DNA of 64,000 nucleotides. Source: Marsupella aquatica. Lineage: Eukaryota; Plantae; Marchantiophyta. The DNA lies in NCBI GenBank assembly GCA_973895155.1, contig OZ316897.1:8827832-8891831 (forward strand), in the 5' to 3' direction. A model generated the notes under the pieces. It was not told the origin of the DNA, did no database searches, and saw only the letters and a program-made list of their open reading frames with translations. Positions 49,026 to 62,900 of this stretch are shown one piece after another (positions within the stretch are counted from its first letter, which is position 1; the number at the start of each line of letters is the position of its first letter). Made by a program: the position numbers and the translations under genes.

Positions 49026-51263
49026 CTGCACAAACCCAACCAACAAATGCAATTGATCGGACCACAATTATGTCAGCCTCCATATTGTGGCAAAATACTT
49101 GAATCCAAATTTAAAGTAACATAAGACTACTCTTATCATTGTCACTGTCGCAAGTTACTGTTACTACAAATGACTCACAAATTACTGTTACTACAAATTA
49201 CTGTTACTACAAATTACTCAAGAAGAAAGGATTGTGAGATTTCCAATTGCAGAATCAAAAGCACCTACCCATGTCTCACTTAAACAACGATTGCTTGCAC
49301 GAGAAGAAACCTGCGCAGCATGAAGAAGGGTTGAGCAGGCTTGTCTTCTCCGGTCCAAAAGGCAGTACGGTCGACCTTAGATGGTGGCCTAAAAGGTCGG
49401 ACAATGTTCAATCCTTCAAGTGCACATCCGTGAGTAATCAGCTGTCCCTGGGCGCAAATAGAAAGAAAGTAATCTTATCATCTAATGCATAGCGTTGCCT
49501 GAAACGAGACATAATTTGCTACTAGAACGTTGGACTAGAAGTTGTCTCGTGCTGAAACACGAGACATGACAGGGTACACTGCAAGCCAGGCGCAAAGTGC
49601 TTTACTGCTCCGTAAGATTTAATTCTATCTATTGAAATCAAAAGCCTGGAGCACATTTACACGTTCTCCAAATCAATCGATCAAGACTGTCCACTTAGAG
49701 GTAGCAGTTGGAGACCAGAGAAGAGCAACAAAAGCTTCGTGTTTCATCTCCAGGAACATAAGTCCAATAATTCTAGATCTGGACGAGGGGCAGGAAAGTG
49801 AGCATTCAAGCGATATGGAGGCTTTGGAGGTATGCAGGTAGTTATACTGGTTGGTGAATGGAGTGAGCGAGTCAAAACATTCCAACAACCACATGCCATA
49901 AGAGAAAATTCAAGGATTTCGCCATAGAACTTACCACTAGGCGAAAAAAGGGTGAGTGATACAGAAGTCCACGAAAGCGCTTCTGCAGATATCAGCTTTC
50001 CGATTCCAGGAACCAACGCAGCCGAGGCTCAAAGTTTGTTCACGAAGAGCAGCGCATTTTGAACGGAGAATCTGACCTGGATGAAGGGGTTCACAGAACT
50101 TCTCCGTCACTAATTGATCTGTTGATAATAGAGACGCGAAACGAAAGCCTGTTTGTCATGTCGCAGAAGATGATCAATGATCGAGGTCCTCGACATTTGG
50201 AAGAAAGGAAAAACAGTGATCGACCTTTGATGGGTCGGACGCGATGCAAAGGAGTTAACAATAATCTCGAAATAAAGGTGGGTGATGTTGGAGTGAGCCA
50301 GTGGATGCGTTTGGTATAACCCCAGCCAGAAGATGGAGAAGATGAGTAAACTCACTAGGATACCACTGCGAAGGATTGGGTTCCTGCTGCAGAAATTCAC
50401 AAAAGGACATATGCAGATGATCGAAAGGCGGCAATATTCACAACTCGTGGGTAACGAGGCTTCCTTGTTGGAACAGAGCAGTGCTCATGGGATGACGAGG
50501 CGAAGGACGATTGCGCACATCTGCTGAGAGAAGAAACTGATCGCTGCTATCAATCAGTAAACGGATCAACAACAATCGTCAAATCCCGTGAAATTGAAGT
50601 GAGTCAACGGATGGTATTATGGTAGACCTAGAAAGAAACCAGCCTGAAGAGAGAAAACAAGAGCCACCCCACAAAGCTCACCACTGGGCATAAACGGGTC
50701 GGCAAGCTACCTCAAAAAATGGAAGGTTGAGAGTCAGAAAGCAGGCTTTAGCACAGTAAAGTCTGCGATGGAAATTTCTTACAACGGAGTGCTGATAGAT
50801 CTGCTCCTTGGAGCCCAACGAGTCAACAAATAAGACGAGGAAGGTCCAACCTCAAGAGTGTCGCTTTCGCTGAGCAAGTAATATACAGCATTCGGCCAGT
50901 ATACACAGAGCAAAGCTTGGCAAGTGGCGAGGGAGTAATCTCCTTTGGAATCTGTGAACATGGGACGAGGGGGGCCCCATTCGTGAGACGACTATGTTGC
51001 GTTTCGACTACAAGGCTATACATCTGCACCGTCTATTGTAAACATTAAAAAATGGCTCATGCCTCTCGTATGTGCTTTACTCTTCCTCGTGTTCCCCTGC
51101 TGGAACTTTGGCCGACGTCATCCTACTCCAGAATAACAATTCCTATTTATTACTTCCTCGCCTTGAGTAAACTTAAGCGGTGTGCGCTTTTCTCTCCTGC
51201 TCCAGTATTTGTCCTCGACAGTGCGACTCGTCAACAGTAATCCAGAGATTCTAATTTTGGATC

Positions 51264-52095
51264 TGAAAATTGTCTTGGCAAGGGTGGTTTTTCCCACACC
51301 TCCCATGCTCGCTAGGCCTAATTTTGGAATATTGACCAGCATCTGGATTATTTCTTCCTTTGGACCATCAATACCAATAATTGAGTCAGGAATAAATTGG
51401 AATTTCTCAGGAAGTTCTGACGTGCCTTGTACCTGCATTTTATGAACAATACCCAACTGTCAATACCAATTTTATTTTTGGCTTCAAAACACAATCATGA
51501 AACTGCCTACTTTCCAATTGAAATGTAGATGGCTGCTTTGGCACAAGGGATGAAAACAATTTACCTTCACATCACCAACTATTCTGGAGAGAAACTCCTC
51601 TAGCTTATAGAAGCTTATGTTGGTCTTTGTCATTGGCTTACATATTGTGAAGTGGTCTCCATTAACAATATTGAAATTATAGCGTCTTGAAGATGGTTCA
51701 GGCACTGTGAAAATTTCACCTAAGTTTCCCTGCACAAACCCAACCAACAAATGCAATTGATCAGACCACAATTATGTCAGCCTCCATATTGTGGCAAAAT
51801 ACTTGAATCCAAATTTAAAGTAACGTAAGAGTACACTTCTCGTTGTCACTGTCACAAATTTCTGTTACCAAATGAGTCCATGCACTAATGTTCATTCAAC
51901 CTCAAGAAGAAATGATTGTGAGATTTCCAATTGCAGAGGGACAGCATTTACCAATATCTCACTTAAACAAAGCACACCACACGGAAGGTAGTGAGTAGAT
52001 CTGTACCAATCTTGTTGGCATGCTCTCTCCAACTACCTCAATCTGCAACTTGGGATACATTCTGCATACCCTGTGAAAATTGTGATTCAGCCTTG
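51264..52095 (-). pseudogene. NLR-D fragment: end of the hydrolase exon, the DHFTICKP exon and the start of NB-ARC up to the P-loop
   Basis: RLNHNFHRVCRMYPKLQIEVVGESMPTRL / GNLGEIFTVPEPSSRR...DHFTICKP / ...SMGGVGKTTLAKTIF, then an abrupt join to the NLR-C upstream flank. Confidence 0.88.
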
Positions 52096-53135
52096 ATAAG
52101 GTCACTCCCGAGTCATTGCGATTTTTCTCTCCTCTAGTTTTGTGGACTAAACCGCCAACTGATAACGTTGGCAAATTTTATACCCTGCTTTCCAAGACTA
52201 CCTTCAGGTACGTGCTTCTTGAAAACTTTGGTGGAAATAAGTGCTTGATCCATCCTGACAAGTCAGATTCACTCTTGGAAGAGACAGATCATCTTTCCTA
52301 CAAGGCTCTCATTAAATTTTCGCGCGTGCAGGCCTGGCTGAATATGGTCGACTCAGCTCAGCCGGCCGTTGATCCCGTAGCGATTGCCAAGAATCAAGAA
52401 GCCCAGCATCGTTATATTTCCTGGCGAAACCACCAAGGTTAATGTTCCTTTCAGAATCGTAGGAGACAGTGGTTCTCAGAAATTGAACACGAGCGCTTAC
52501 TGCTTTTAGACTGCCTTCCATATTATGCTAGTCTGAAATTTGTGGCAGGACACGATTGTTGGTGAAGAACGGACTAACGTGCAATTTGGTATACTTGTGG
52601 ATTGGTTTAGGATCCAGGGCGGCCAGTACTTACAAAGCTGTTTGGGGAGCAGTTGGCTGAGGTAAGCTTTGTTTAGCATGTTGTTCATTTTCAAGATAGT
52701 AAATCATGGAGGGATGTTTTGTTAAATTCTTTAGCTCATGTGCAACTCTCGTAAATGCTACATATCGACTTCAGGTTGAGACATTTTTAAACTATGACAG
52801 AAACTACAAGGAGGGAGGTTTAATTTGTGCTTTTTTCGTATGAGAAGCCCTTCAATCCCGAGTGATGTTAATCTGTACAGGATTTCAATCTTGATTAATT
52901 GAGACTCGCCCTCTCTTCCTGAGAATTAAATGAGGCGAGTGCTGGGTCTGGTTGGGTTTTGCAGAGTTATATCAAGGAATTCCTGTTCAATGGCCACAGC
53001 ACCTTGGGAACAAAATCCTTCCTGGATTACTTCCCTGAATATAGAGGTGAGGACGGGAGCATGTACAAACAACGGAGTATGACTGGCAAGTCATTTGAGG
53101 CAAGACCGTGGGACAAAGATGGCAATTTTCTCTAA
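52094..53135 (+). pseudogene. HY2: Decayed 3' half of HY2 (last four exons)
   Basis: Copy of ~20082-21122 starting mid-exon (gataaggtcactcccgag). It has a 1-nt deletion (aaattttataccc, ~52177) and a 1-nt insertion (tggcgaaaccacc, ~52428). Confidence 0.9.
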
Positions 53136-55613
53136 ACTAATATCAGTGTACCCGCATCAATGGTCATCTCAAGACTCAGAGAGAGTTCATAGTGTCACCA
53201 GAAGTCTATTGCTAAGAGCTCCTTGGTCAGAGACTGTGGTACTAAGTTTTGTTAGCCTGTAGTTGATTAGGATGTACATACCGGAATATGAACAGAGGAC
53301 GGCAATATCAGCAATGTTCCTGGATTAGTAATGTAAGTCATATCTTATGCTGGTGAGAGCGGATGTACAGGTAGACATAGACCAGGTTTTATTCAGAGCT
53401 GGTTGAGATGGAGAACCCACATCGGTGGGAAGCAACCTTTTTCATTTCTAGATAAATCTTCTCATGCGCTAGAGTGATTCAATGTTTTGAAAGATGTAGG
53501 CTGTCTGTTTAAAAAGCCCGACTTCTTTCGACTTTTTTGTCCTGTTGTTGACAGCTAGTACATTTTTCTAGCCTTGCTTTAGTAAATGTTTCAGGACCAA
53601 CGAGAAAGCAAGCGAGGGAACTGGTTGTATAGATCTGTCATACATGTGAATATCTTGTCACAACCTCTAAAGAAGGTCTTCTTTGTGTTTGCTCATGATT
53701 ATTTCGGGAGTGTTTTAATCAACAAATTATTAGTTCGACGGCTTAAGGTCCACTGGTATTCAAACCCCTAAACTCTAAATTCTACAGGAACGGAATTACT
53801 ACCGGCTTCCCCCTCGTTATCAAAACATGTGTTGGAGCATGAACAAAACGAGGAAAATGTTGGGAGCAGAGGTCACCGGTTTGAGTCACAATTTATCATT
53901 TAACATTCACACAACCCATGTGGAGTACCAAAGAAACTATTTTACAGTGGGAAAAAAGCCACCAGGAGAGAAGGAGTTTCACGGCCGAAAAAGATGTGCA
54001 CAATTTATCTTTCAACCTTCGCACAACCCGAGGATCAGGAAAGAAATAAGTCGCCGGGAGAAAGGTCGGGCGGCCAGGCAAAACGAGTGTAGGTGCTTGG
54101 TAGAAAGCCGCAACAAGAGTGTGGGTGTGGGGTAGAAAGGCCCGAAGCTCACTACTCAGTTTGAAATTTTATAGTCCATAGAGGAGACACGAGGAACTAC
54201 TAGTATAATTACAAAGGAGACTGAAAGAAGTTACAGAGTTTCATATTTCATATGAGAACTCATGATTTACTCTGGATTATTTGCAAGTTTGTAATGCACG
54301 GTTTAGCATTGGCCTGTGGGTCGTACTTTTGAATATGCTTTAGAATGTTTAGAAGTTGAGGTGAGTAATTCAAGTAGTTGTCAATACCATCCAATATAAT
54401 CACTTCCATCTTGGCACTGGCCTGTGAGTTAAACTCGCCTGTGAGTTTTACTTTTGCAATTGCTTGATTAGTTGAGGGTTAGTGGGTGGTAATACCATCC
54501 AACGCACTCACTTTCATCCTAGACATGACAATAGCATCAATGCAAGCATTTCAATTCCAAAGTCATAACAATAGTATCCAATGCAAACACTTCAATTCCA
54601 CTGTTGCCAAAGCAGTCTTCGATGCAATTCCTCTGATGTGTAATTGCTTCACACCCTGAAAATTGGCTGCACAGACACTTGCAGGTGGCACACAGGTGAT
54701 GCAATGATAAGCCCTTTAATGTGAGCTGACAGCGTGGTTAACAAAATGTGGGGATAGCCACGAAAATAGCTGCAACTAAAAACTACAGGTACACAACCAA
54801 CATTCCAGCTTGATGGAACTACCTACTTTAAGTTCCACTAAATCCACCCGTAAAGGTTATAGAGGGCAGACAAAGTGAGTAAATTCGATTTACAGTGCAG
54901 ACTGACTCCGATTCTCATATCACTACATTTATGTACTGTGATCACAATGCCAGAGTCCCGATCAACTAACTGTTATACAGAGCACCCTTTCCAAGGTCAC
55001 AATCCGACCATGGATCCTACTCACACTCTGGCTAATCAATCAATGATTCAGTTCCCTTCCGTGCTGCTCGCGTCTTGCCTTTCGTCGTGTCGAAAACTCC
55101 ATCTCCCAGCGTTGCGTTCGACGGCCCAAGCCCTCTTTAGACACTGTGCAAACTGCGCAAAGACCAGTCAGCATCATCGAGTTTTCACCATAGTTTCATC
55201 TCAAGCGAACCAGTAATCTAATATATGAAACAATTCACTCATGCTGAACGTCACAATGTATTCTACTTGATCCAATCAGGAAATGAGTAAATGAGGTCCG
55301 ATGGCCAAATTGTGAAAATGATAGATTTCATCTCATTTAACTTCGAAAGCAATATCCGGTTCAGGCGCATTAGTAATCTAGTGTAATACAGCTCACGCAA
55401 GGTGCAACGACGTAACAAGTTCAATCAGGAAAAGAGTAGTTGAGGTTAATCACGTTGTGCAAATGATATGCGGACATCGTTTCTTTCTTGAAACACAATA
55501 TGTTGATCACATATTCACGTACCGGGGCACGCATAGTCGTCAGTATGCTCCTCCCATTCAAGCTAATGTAGGACGCGCCTAACCGACCTGTTTCTGTATA
55601 ATCATCACCTTGA

Positions 55614-58600
55614 TCATCGATATACCTCTTTTTCCACGGAAAAACATCCATCATCTACTGTGTACGATATCCGCGAACCTCGTCTAATTCTGCTCGGTGC
55701 ATTAGGTGTCATCAACCATGGTGGCAATGAATTGACAAAATTACAACGAAAATCGAGCTCTAGTCTTTGCAGTGACGGTAAACTCTTGATGCACTCTGGA
55801 ATGCTTACAACAGAATCAAAGGCAATTTCCCCTTGACGAAGATCCTTCAAGTCTCCAAATGTGTTCAGTGTCATGTCCTCGTTCACAAGTATCGTCACAA
55901 ATTGAAGTTTCTTGAGTTGCCGTAAAGATTCGGGCAAAGTGTACAATGTGCAATCCATTTCAAGCTTCTCCAAGGCAGCGAGTTGTCCGAAGGTGTCTGG
56001 TAAGGTGCGTAATTTTCCGCAGCAGGTTAATTTAAGCTGGTTCAAGGAGAACAGTCCCCCGAAGGACTCAGGCAAGGTGCGCAAGTTCTCACACCAATGC
56101 AATTCAAGATGGTTCAAGGACAGTCCCCCGAAGGACTCAGGCAAGGTGCGCAAGTTGTCACACCCATACAATTCAAGATGGTCCAAGGAGGATAGTCCCA
56201 CGAAGGACTCAGGCAAGGTGCGCAAGTTCTCACAATTCCAGAACCGAAGATGGTTCAAGGAGGACAGTTCCCCGAATGACTCAGGCAAGCTGTGCAAGGT
56301 CGTACACTTCCTGAACTCAAGATAGTTCAAGGAGGACAGTCCCCCGAATGACTCAGGCAAGGTGCGCAAGTGCTCACAATACCGCAATCGAAGATAGTTC
56401 AAGGAGGAAAGTCCACCGAAAGACTCAGGCAAGGTGCGCAAGTCCCTACATATCTGGAATTCAAGATGGTTCAAGGAGGACAGTCCCCCGAAGGACTCAG
56501 GCAAGGTGCGCAAGTTCATACACCACTTGAATTTAAGATGGTTCAAGGAGGACAGTCCACCGAAAGACTCAGGCAAGGTGCGCAAGTCGCTACATATCTC
56601 GAATTCAAGATGGTTCAAGGAGGACAGTCCCCCGAATGACTCAGGCAAGCTGTGCAAGTTCTTACAATCATAGAATGCAAGATCGTTCAAGCAGGACAGT
56701 CCCCCGAAGGACTCAGGCAAGGTGCGCAAGCTCGTACAACTCGAGAATCGAAGATGGTTCAAGGAGGACAGTCCCCCGAAGGACTCAGGCAAGGTGCGCA
56801 AGTTCTCACATCCCCTGAATTTAAGATGGTTCAAGGAGGACAGTCCCCCAAAGGACTCGGGCAGAGAAGACAATTTTGGAGATGATGCTATTACAAGGTG
56901 CTGTAAGGAGGACAGTTGCCCAATAGAACTCGGAAGGTGCTCCAAACCTTCTAACTCCAAGGAGGCAAGATGACTTTGGAGGGAAGGGTTAAAAAGGTTT
57001 TGACCAACACATTTGAGTAAAACAAGCTCAGTTGGGAAGGATCCATCTTCCTGAGCTCCATCCATCCTCACTGGGACGTTGGCTTCCAAGAAGTGCAGAT
57101 TCTTCAGTCTAGGAAGAGCGTTGCTTGGAATATTTATAGAAGCCTCATGATAATATGCACTCTCGTCCTCCTCCAACCGCAAGGCATACAATTCCTGTAA
57201 ATAGAAACCACAACTGAGAATCAAGAAATCACCTGATACTATTTTATCCCTATCATTGCAAATAAGTAGTTAGACCAGGAAAAATCTGACCTCATCAATG
57301 GTACTCCAGGACCAGGTCCAATCCTTCAAATATGCAAGCACAAGCATGGATGTTTGTAGTCTGCTAGTGTGACTGACTTGGAGCTTACCTTTCCATTTAA
57401 CAGACTTGGAGTTTGTAACAGCTCCAGACCCTTCACTCCATCCCAGACCCTCCACTTCCTGGAGTAGCTGGGCTCACATGCAATCTTCCTTCCAAGACTT
57501 TGTAGCTGTTCATGTACCTTGATTACCTCATCATCTTTCACGTCATAAACTAGAGACATGTCCACCAAAGTACCCCAAAGTATCCTTTCAATAGGTGTTT
57601 TATAAGCAACCCTCAATACTCCCAGGACTTTACCCAAAGTCCACTGCCACGACGTGCTGAAAAATGTTGTTACATCCAAAAACATCTGTTGCTCGATTGG
57701 TCCCAGACCCTCATAACTAAGCCTTAGCTTAGCCCAAAGCCTCTCATTCATGTCTTTCACATCCATTGCTTCATCCAAGGCAAGCAAAGTTTGCTTCCAG
57801 ACATCACGGTTCGATTTCGCTTTCAGGTACTTCCCGAGAACTTCCAGTGTTAGAGGCAAGCCATCACATTTTCTCACAATGGTTTCCATGATGCCTCCCA
57901 ACTCTGGCGCTGGTACTCCTTGACCTGGAAATGCAAAACTTTGGAAAAGTTCCATGGCAGCATCTTCTTTGAGGTATGGAACCTCATAGATGTCCCCCCA
58001 ATGATGGACAAGATTTTGGTCTCGCGATGTCATAATGAAACGGCTATCTGGACCTGTAAGTTGACCTAATTCTGATAAAATCATGGCATCACGATCCGTA
58101 GAGATATCATCTAAACCAAGGAGCAACTTCTTCCCTCTCAAGTTCTTCCAATCCTCTTCACTTGAGACCTTTCTCCCATGATGATACATCTGATTCCACA
58201 CTTCTTGTTTCACAACTTCCTCACCCCCTTTGATTAGCTTCACATTAAGCACAAAACAAGTATACTGAAATTGTTGGCCCATGCTGTTGAAAATTGCCTT
58301 GGCAAGGGTGGTTTTGCCCACACCTCCCATTCCCACCAGGCCTAATTTTGGACTGTTGACCAGCTTCTCTTTTATTTCTTCCTTCGGACCATCCATACCA
58401 ATGACAGAGTCAGGTACAAATTGGAAATTCTCAGGAAGTTCTGACGTGCCTTGTGCCTGCATTTTATGAACAATAGCCAACTGTCAATCCCAATTGTATT
58501 TTTAGCTTCAAGAGACAATCATGAAACAGCCTGCTTTCCAACTGAATACAAGATGGCTGCTTTGGCACAAGGGATGAAAACTTCTTACCTTCACGTCCTC

Positions 58601-59968
58601 AACTATTCTGAAGAGAAACTGCTCTAGCTTATAGAAGCTTCTTTGCTTCTTTGTCATTGGCTTACATATTGTGAAGTGGTCCACTCCACCAACAATATTG
58701 AAATTATCTCGTCTTGAAGATGCCTCAGGGACGATGAGAACTTCACCTAAGATTCCCTGCCCAAACCCAACCAACAAATGCAATTGATCAGACCACAATT
58801 ATGTGAGCCTCCATAGTGTGGCAAAATACTTGAATTCCAATTTAAAGTAACATAAGAGTACTCTTATCATTGTCACTGTCATAGATTACTGTTACTACAA
58901 ATGACTCCATACACGAATGTTCATTAAACCTCAAGAAGAAATGATTGTGAGATTTCCAATTGCAGAGGGACAGCGTCTACCAATGTCTCACTTAAACAAA
59001 GATTGCTTGCACACCACACGGAAGGTAGTGAGTAGATTTGTACCAATCTTGTTGGCATGCTCTCTCCAACTCCCTCAATCTGCAACTTGGGATACATTCC
59101 GCATACCCTGTCGAACTTGTGATTCAGCCTTGCTGCTTCTGTACTCAAAATTTTGAAGTAATCCCGCAGGGGACCGCCACAAAGATCTACTGCTTCCTCT
59201 GCAATTGAGCTGCCGTGATGTGGAGTGCCATAAAAAAATATTCCATTTAGGTTGTTAAGAAAGGTCTGGAGCTTCTCCTTGTTTGGGCCTTTGGCCATAC
59301 CCAGCATTTCATGGGCTTGGCAGAATACTTGCTTAATGACAATGCCCCCAACAGAATGACCAACTAAGATCACCGGACAGCCCGGCACTTGTCCAATATC
59401 TGCTTGGAGTAGATCCGAGATGAAGTTTTCAGCAATGTTGTAGATGTCAAAAACACTGTTACAAAAACTTTTGCCTACACGCCCATCATATGAAACATAC
59501 AACACGTGACTGCCTGGGAATTTTCCAACCAACCACTCTTGAGGCCACATGCATTTCCCATCCCCGCTTTCCCACGTCGACAAATGTACATTTGTGAAGT
59601 TCTGGAATTGCAGCCCATGGAAGAACAAAAGCTGCATGCTGGCGTTGCCCGGCGGTCTGTCAAGCTCACAAAAGGATTCAGTTACCTGAGACAAAAGGGT
59701 CCAAGTAATCAATACTCCCACACAATCTTGTCATTCAATCCCTCGTTTACATTCAAAGCACAAAATCCCACAGACGCCAAGACCAGACTAGATCAGGGTC
59801 TGCACCGTGGATTACCTCTCGAGCACCTGCTGTCATTCGCGAAGAAGTAGAAGCTATAGATGTTGTGGTCACTGACGCACGTAGCATGTAGCTCAAGCGT
59901 GTGACCCATCGGCTTTTGGAGTTCGCAGGATCGTAATAGTTGGCAAGGCCGCGTAGAATGGAAGCCAT
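55614..59968 (-). CDS. NLR-E: alpha/beta-hydrolase-NB-ARC-LRR immune receptor, ~1214 aa, 12 LRR cassettes
   Basis: Exons 59968-59816, 59685-59044, 58756-58589, 58456-57389, 57323-57291 and 57194-55614, with the same motifs as NLR-A and no disruption seen. Confidence 0.9.
56013..56873 (-). repeat. 12 LRR units (NLR-E), one of them 69 bp
   Basis: Span is 861 = 12x72-3; unit 11 reads FGGLSLNHL. Confidence 0.95.
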
Positions 59969-62900
59969 GCAGGCAACCGAGTAATTTCGGAGGCTTGCTC
60001 TTGATACCGATCAGAGCATGTGCTCGAGAAGAAACCTGCGCAGCATGAAGAAGGGTTGAGCAGGCTGGTCTTCTCCGGTCCATAAGGCAGTATGGTCGAC
60101 CTTAGATGGTGGCCTAAAACCTGGGACTATGTTCAATCCTTCAAGTGCACATCCGTGAGTAATTCAGTTGTCCCTGGGCGCAAATAGAAAGAAAGTAATC
60201 TTATCATCTAATGCATAGCGTTGCCTGAAACGAGACATAAGTTGCTACTAGTGCGTTGGACTAGAAGTTGTCTCATGCTGAAACACGAGACATGAAAAGG
60301 GAAACAGGGTACGCTGCAAGCCAGGTGCAAATTGCTTTAATGCTCCGTAACATTTAATTCTATCTATTGATATCAAAAGCCTGGAGCACATTCACACGTT
60401 CTCCGAACCATTCGATCAAGACTGTCCACTTAGAGGTCGCAGTTGGAGACCAGAGAAGAGAAACAAAAGCTTCGTGTTTGATGTCCAGAACGTAAATCCA
60501 CTTATGTAGATTTGGACGAGGGGCAGGAAAGTGAGCATTCAAGCGACATGGAGGCTTTGAAGGTATTCAGGTCGTCATTTCGGTTGGTGAATGGAAGTGA
60601 CCGAGTCAACACATCCCAACAACCACATGCCATAAGACAAAAATTCAAGGATTTCGCCATAGGACTTACAATTAGGCGAAAAAAGGGTGAGTGATACAGA
60701 AGTCCACGGAAGCGCTTCTGCAGATCAGCTTTCCGATTCCAGGAACCGACGCAGCCGAGGCTCAAAGTTTGTTGACGAAGATGAGTAAACTTACACGGCT
60801 ACCACTGCGAAAAATTGGGTTCCTCCTGCAGAAATTCACAAAAGTACATATGCAGATGATCCCTCCGAGAGTCCAGGAATCGAAAGGCGGCAATTTTCAC
60901 AACTCGTGGGTAAAGAGGCTTCCTTGTTGGAACAGAGCAGTGCTCATGGGATGACGAGGCGAAGGACTATTGCGCACATCTGCTGAGAGAAGAAACTGAT
61001 CGCTGCTATCAATCAGTAAACGGATCAACAACAATCGTCACATACCATGAAATTGAAGTGAGTCAATGGATGGTACTATGGTAGACCTAGAAAGACACCA
61101 ACCTGAAGAGAGAAAACAAGATCGAGCCACCCCACAAACCTCACCACTGCGCATAAACGGGTCGGCAAGCTACCTCTCAAAATGCAAGGTTGAGAGTCAG
61201 AAAGCAGGTTTTAGCACAGTAGACTCTGCCGACGGAATTTCTAACAATGGGCCGACAGATCTGCTCCTGGGAGCTCAAGGAGTCAACAAACAAGATGAGG
61301 AGGGTCCAACCTCGAGAGAGTCGCTTTGCTGAGCAAGCATTGTACAGCACTCGGCCAGTATACACAGAGCAAAAAGCTTGGTAAGTGGCGAGGAAGGAAT
61401 CTCCTTTGACATCTGTGAACATGGGACGAGGGGGGGCCCATTGGGAAGACAACTATGTCGCGTTTTGACAAAAATGACAAAGCTACACATCTGCACCGTC
61501 TATTGTAAACATTAAAAAACGGCTCGCATGTGTGTTTAACTCTTCCTCGTGTTCCCCTGCTAGAACTTTGGCCGACGTCATCCTACTGCAGAGTAACAAT
61601 TTCTTCTTATTACTTCCTCACCTTGAGTGTTCTTAAGTCAGCGGTGTTCGCTTTTCACTCTAGCTCCAGTATTTGTCCTCGGCAGTGTGACTCGTCAACA
61701 CTACTCTGTAGTACATAATTTAGGGGTGTGAATTTGGTATGTTTCTCTGTAACGTAGAGGACGCAAACCGACTGTTGCTGGGGTCCGACGAATTGGCATG
61801 TGAGAGTTTTCTGCCCTTTGAAAATCCAAGTCCAATTTTTATTTCAGGGGCATCAGTCCGGGTTTCGCACGTCTACCATGGAAATTTCGCTGCTTGATTG
61901 ACTTAGTTCTACTCTCCATATGTGACCGAGGCCTACTTCTTATTCTCCGGGTAATACCTGAAGATCCTGTGGCAAGCTTCATATTCGGAAGCTGGATCGA
62001 ATGACAGATGCTTTTCGCGCAGCACTTGAGAGCGTGTGTAGCCCATAAATCCAGGACTTCCCTGCTCGATTAATCTGGTAGAATGACTTATTAGCAATCT
62101 TCGTCAGTCGCTACCCTAGGAGCCGTTTCGATCCCCACTTAGATTTGCACAGTTCTAGGACAAATGTTACGGCTAAGGCACTGGTGTTTTGAGCTCAATA
62201 ATCTTATTTAGATCATCATCATCATCATCACAGAAATAGTTGAATTTCACGTCGCTAAACATTCTGTCCAGCTGTTCGAAAGCCACACCGCCGTCTATGG
62301 CAGTTCTTGTCTTTCCCTTACCCCGAAGCTTTTGGCCAGCAATCGAAATGTTTTCCCGGAGTGCTTGAAATCCAAGTTTGGGAGTGTTTGGCCCAGCAGC
62401 ACGGGTAGTGAACACTCGATATCCTTCTACAAACTTTGAAAGCGACGAAGACGGGATAGTCCTGCAGTTTTGGCACTGAAAAGAAACCAAAAATATTGAA
62501 CTCTGACCATATATTGTAGGATGAAGTTGGAACGCGTTAGAGGACTAATCTACTGAGACTGGGTGATGTAGAAGTGCACTGCCGAGGAGTGGACAGAAGA
62601 AAACTGCACAGCCAATTGAACAAAATAGTAATATGGAAACAAGAACAAAAGCGAAAACTCATGCTGGCTCGACAAGTATTTTACACTGGGAAAAATGTCG
62701 CCAGGGAGAAAGGTGTGACTCGCGTACCAGGCCCGTGACCGAGGGGGTCTGTCAAAAAGGCTGAACTAAATTACAGGGTTACTAGTTATTCTAAGAAAAG
62801 ATTATTGTAACGATCAAAACCATGTTTAAGATAAACCCCATGTCATTTTCCAATTATTTTCTCAAATCATTAAGTGTGTTAAGTCACTCTCCAGCAACGT

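Larger units (their letters stand above)
52094..57500. repeat. Segmental duplication of ~20082-26300 (HY2 3' half, intergenic region, NLR 3' end)
   Basis: Continuous collinear similarity; for example ORF 23029-23370 matches 54875-55216. The LRR arrays differ. Confidence 0.9.
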
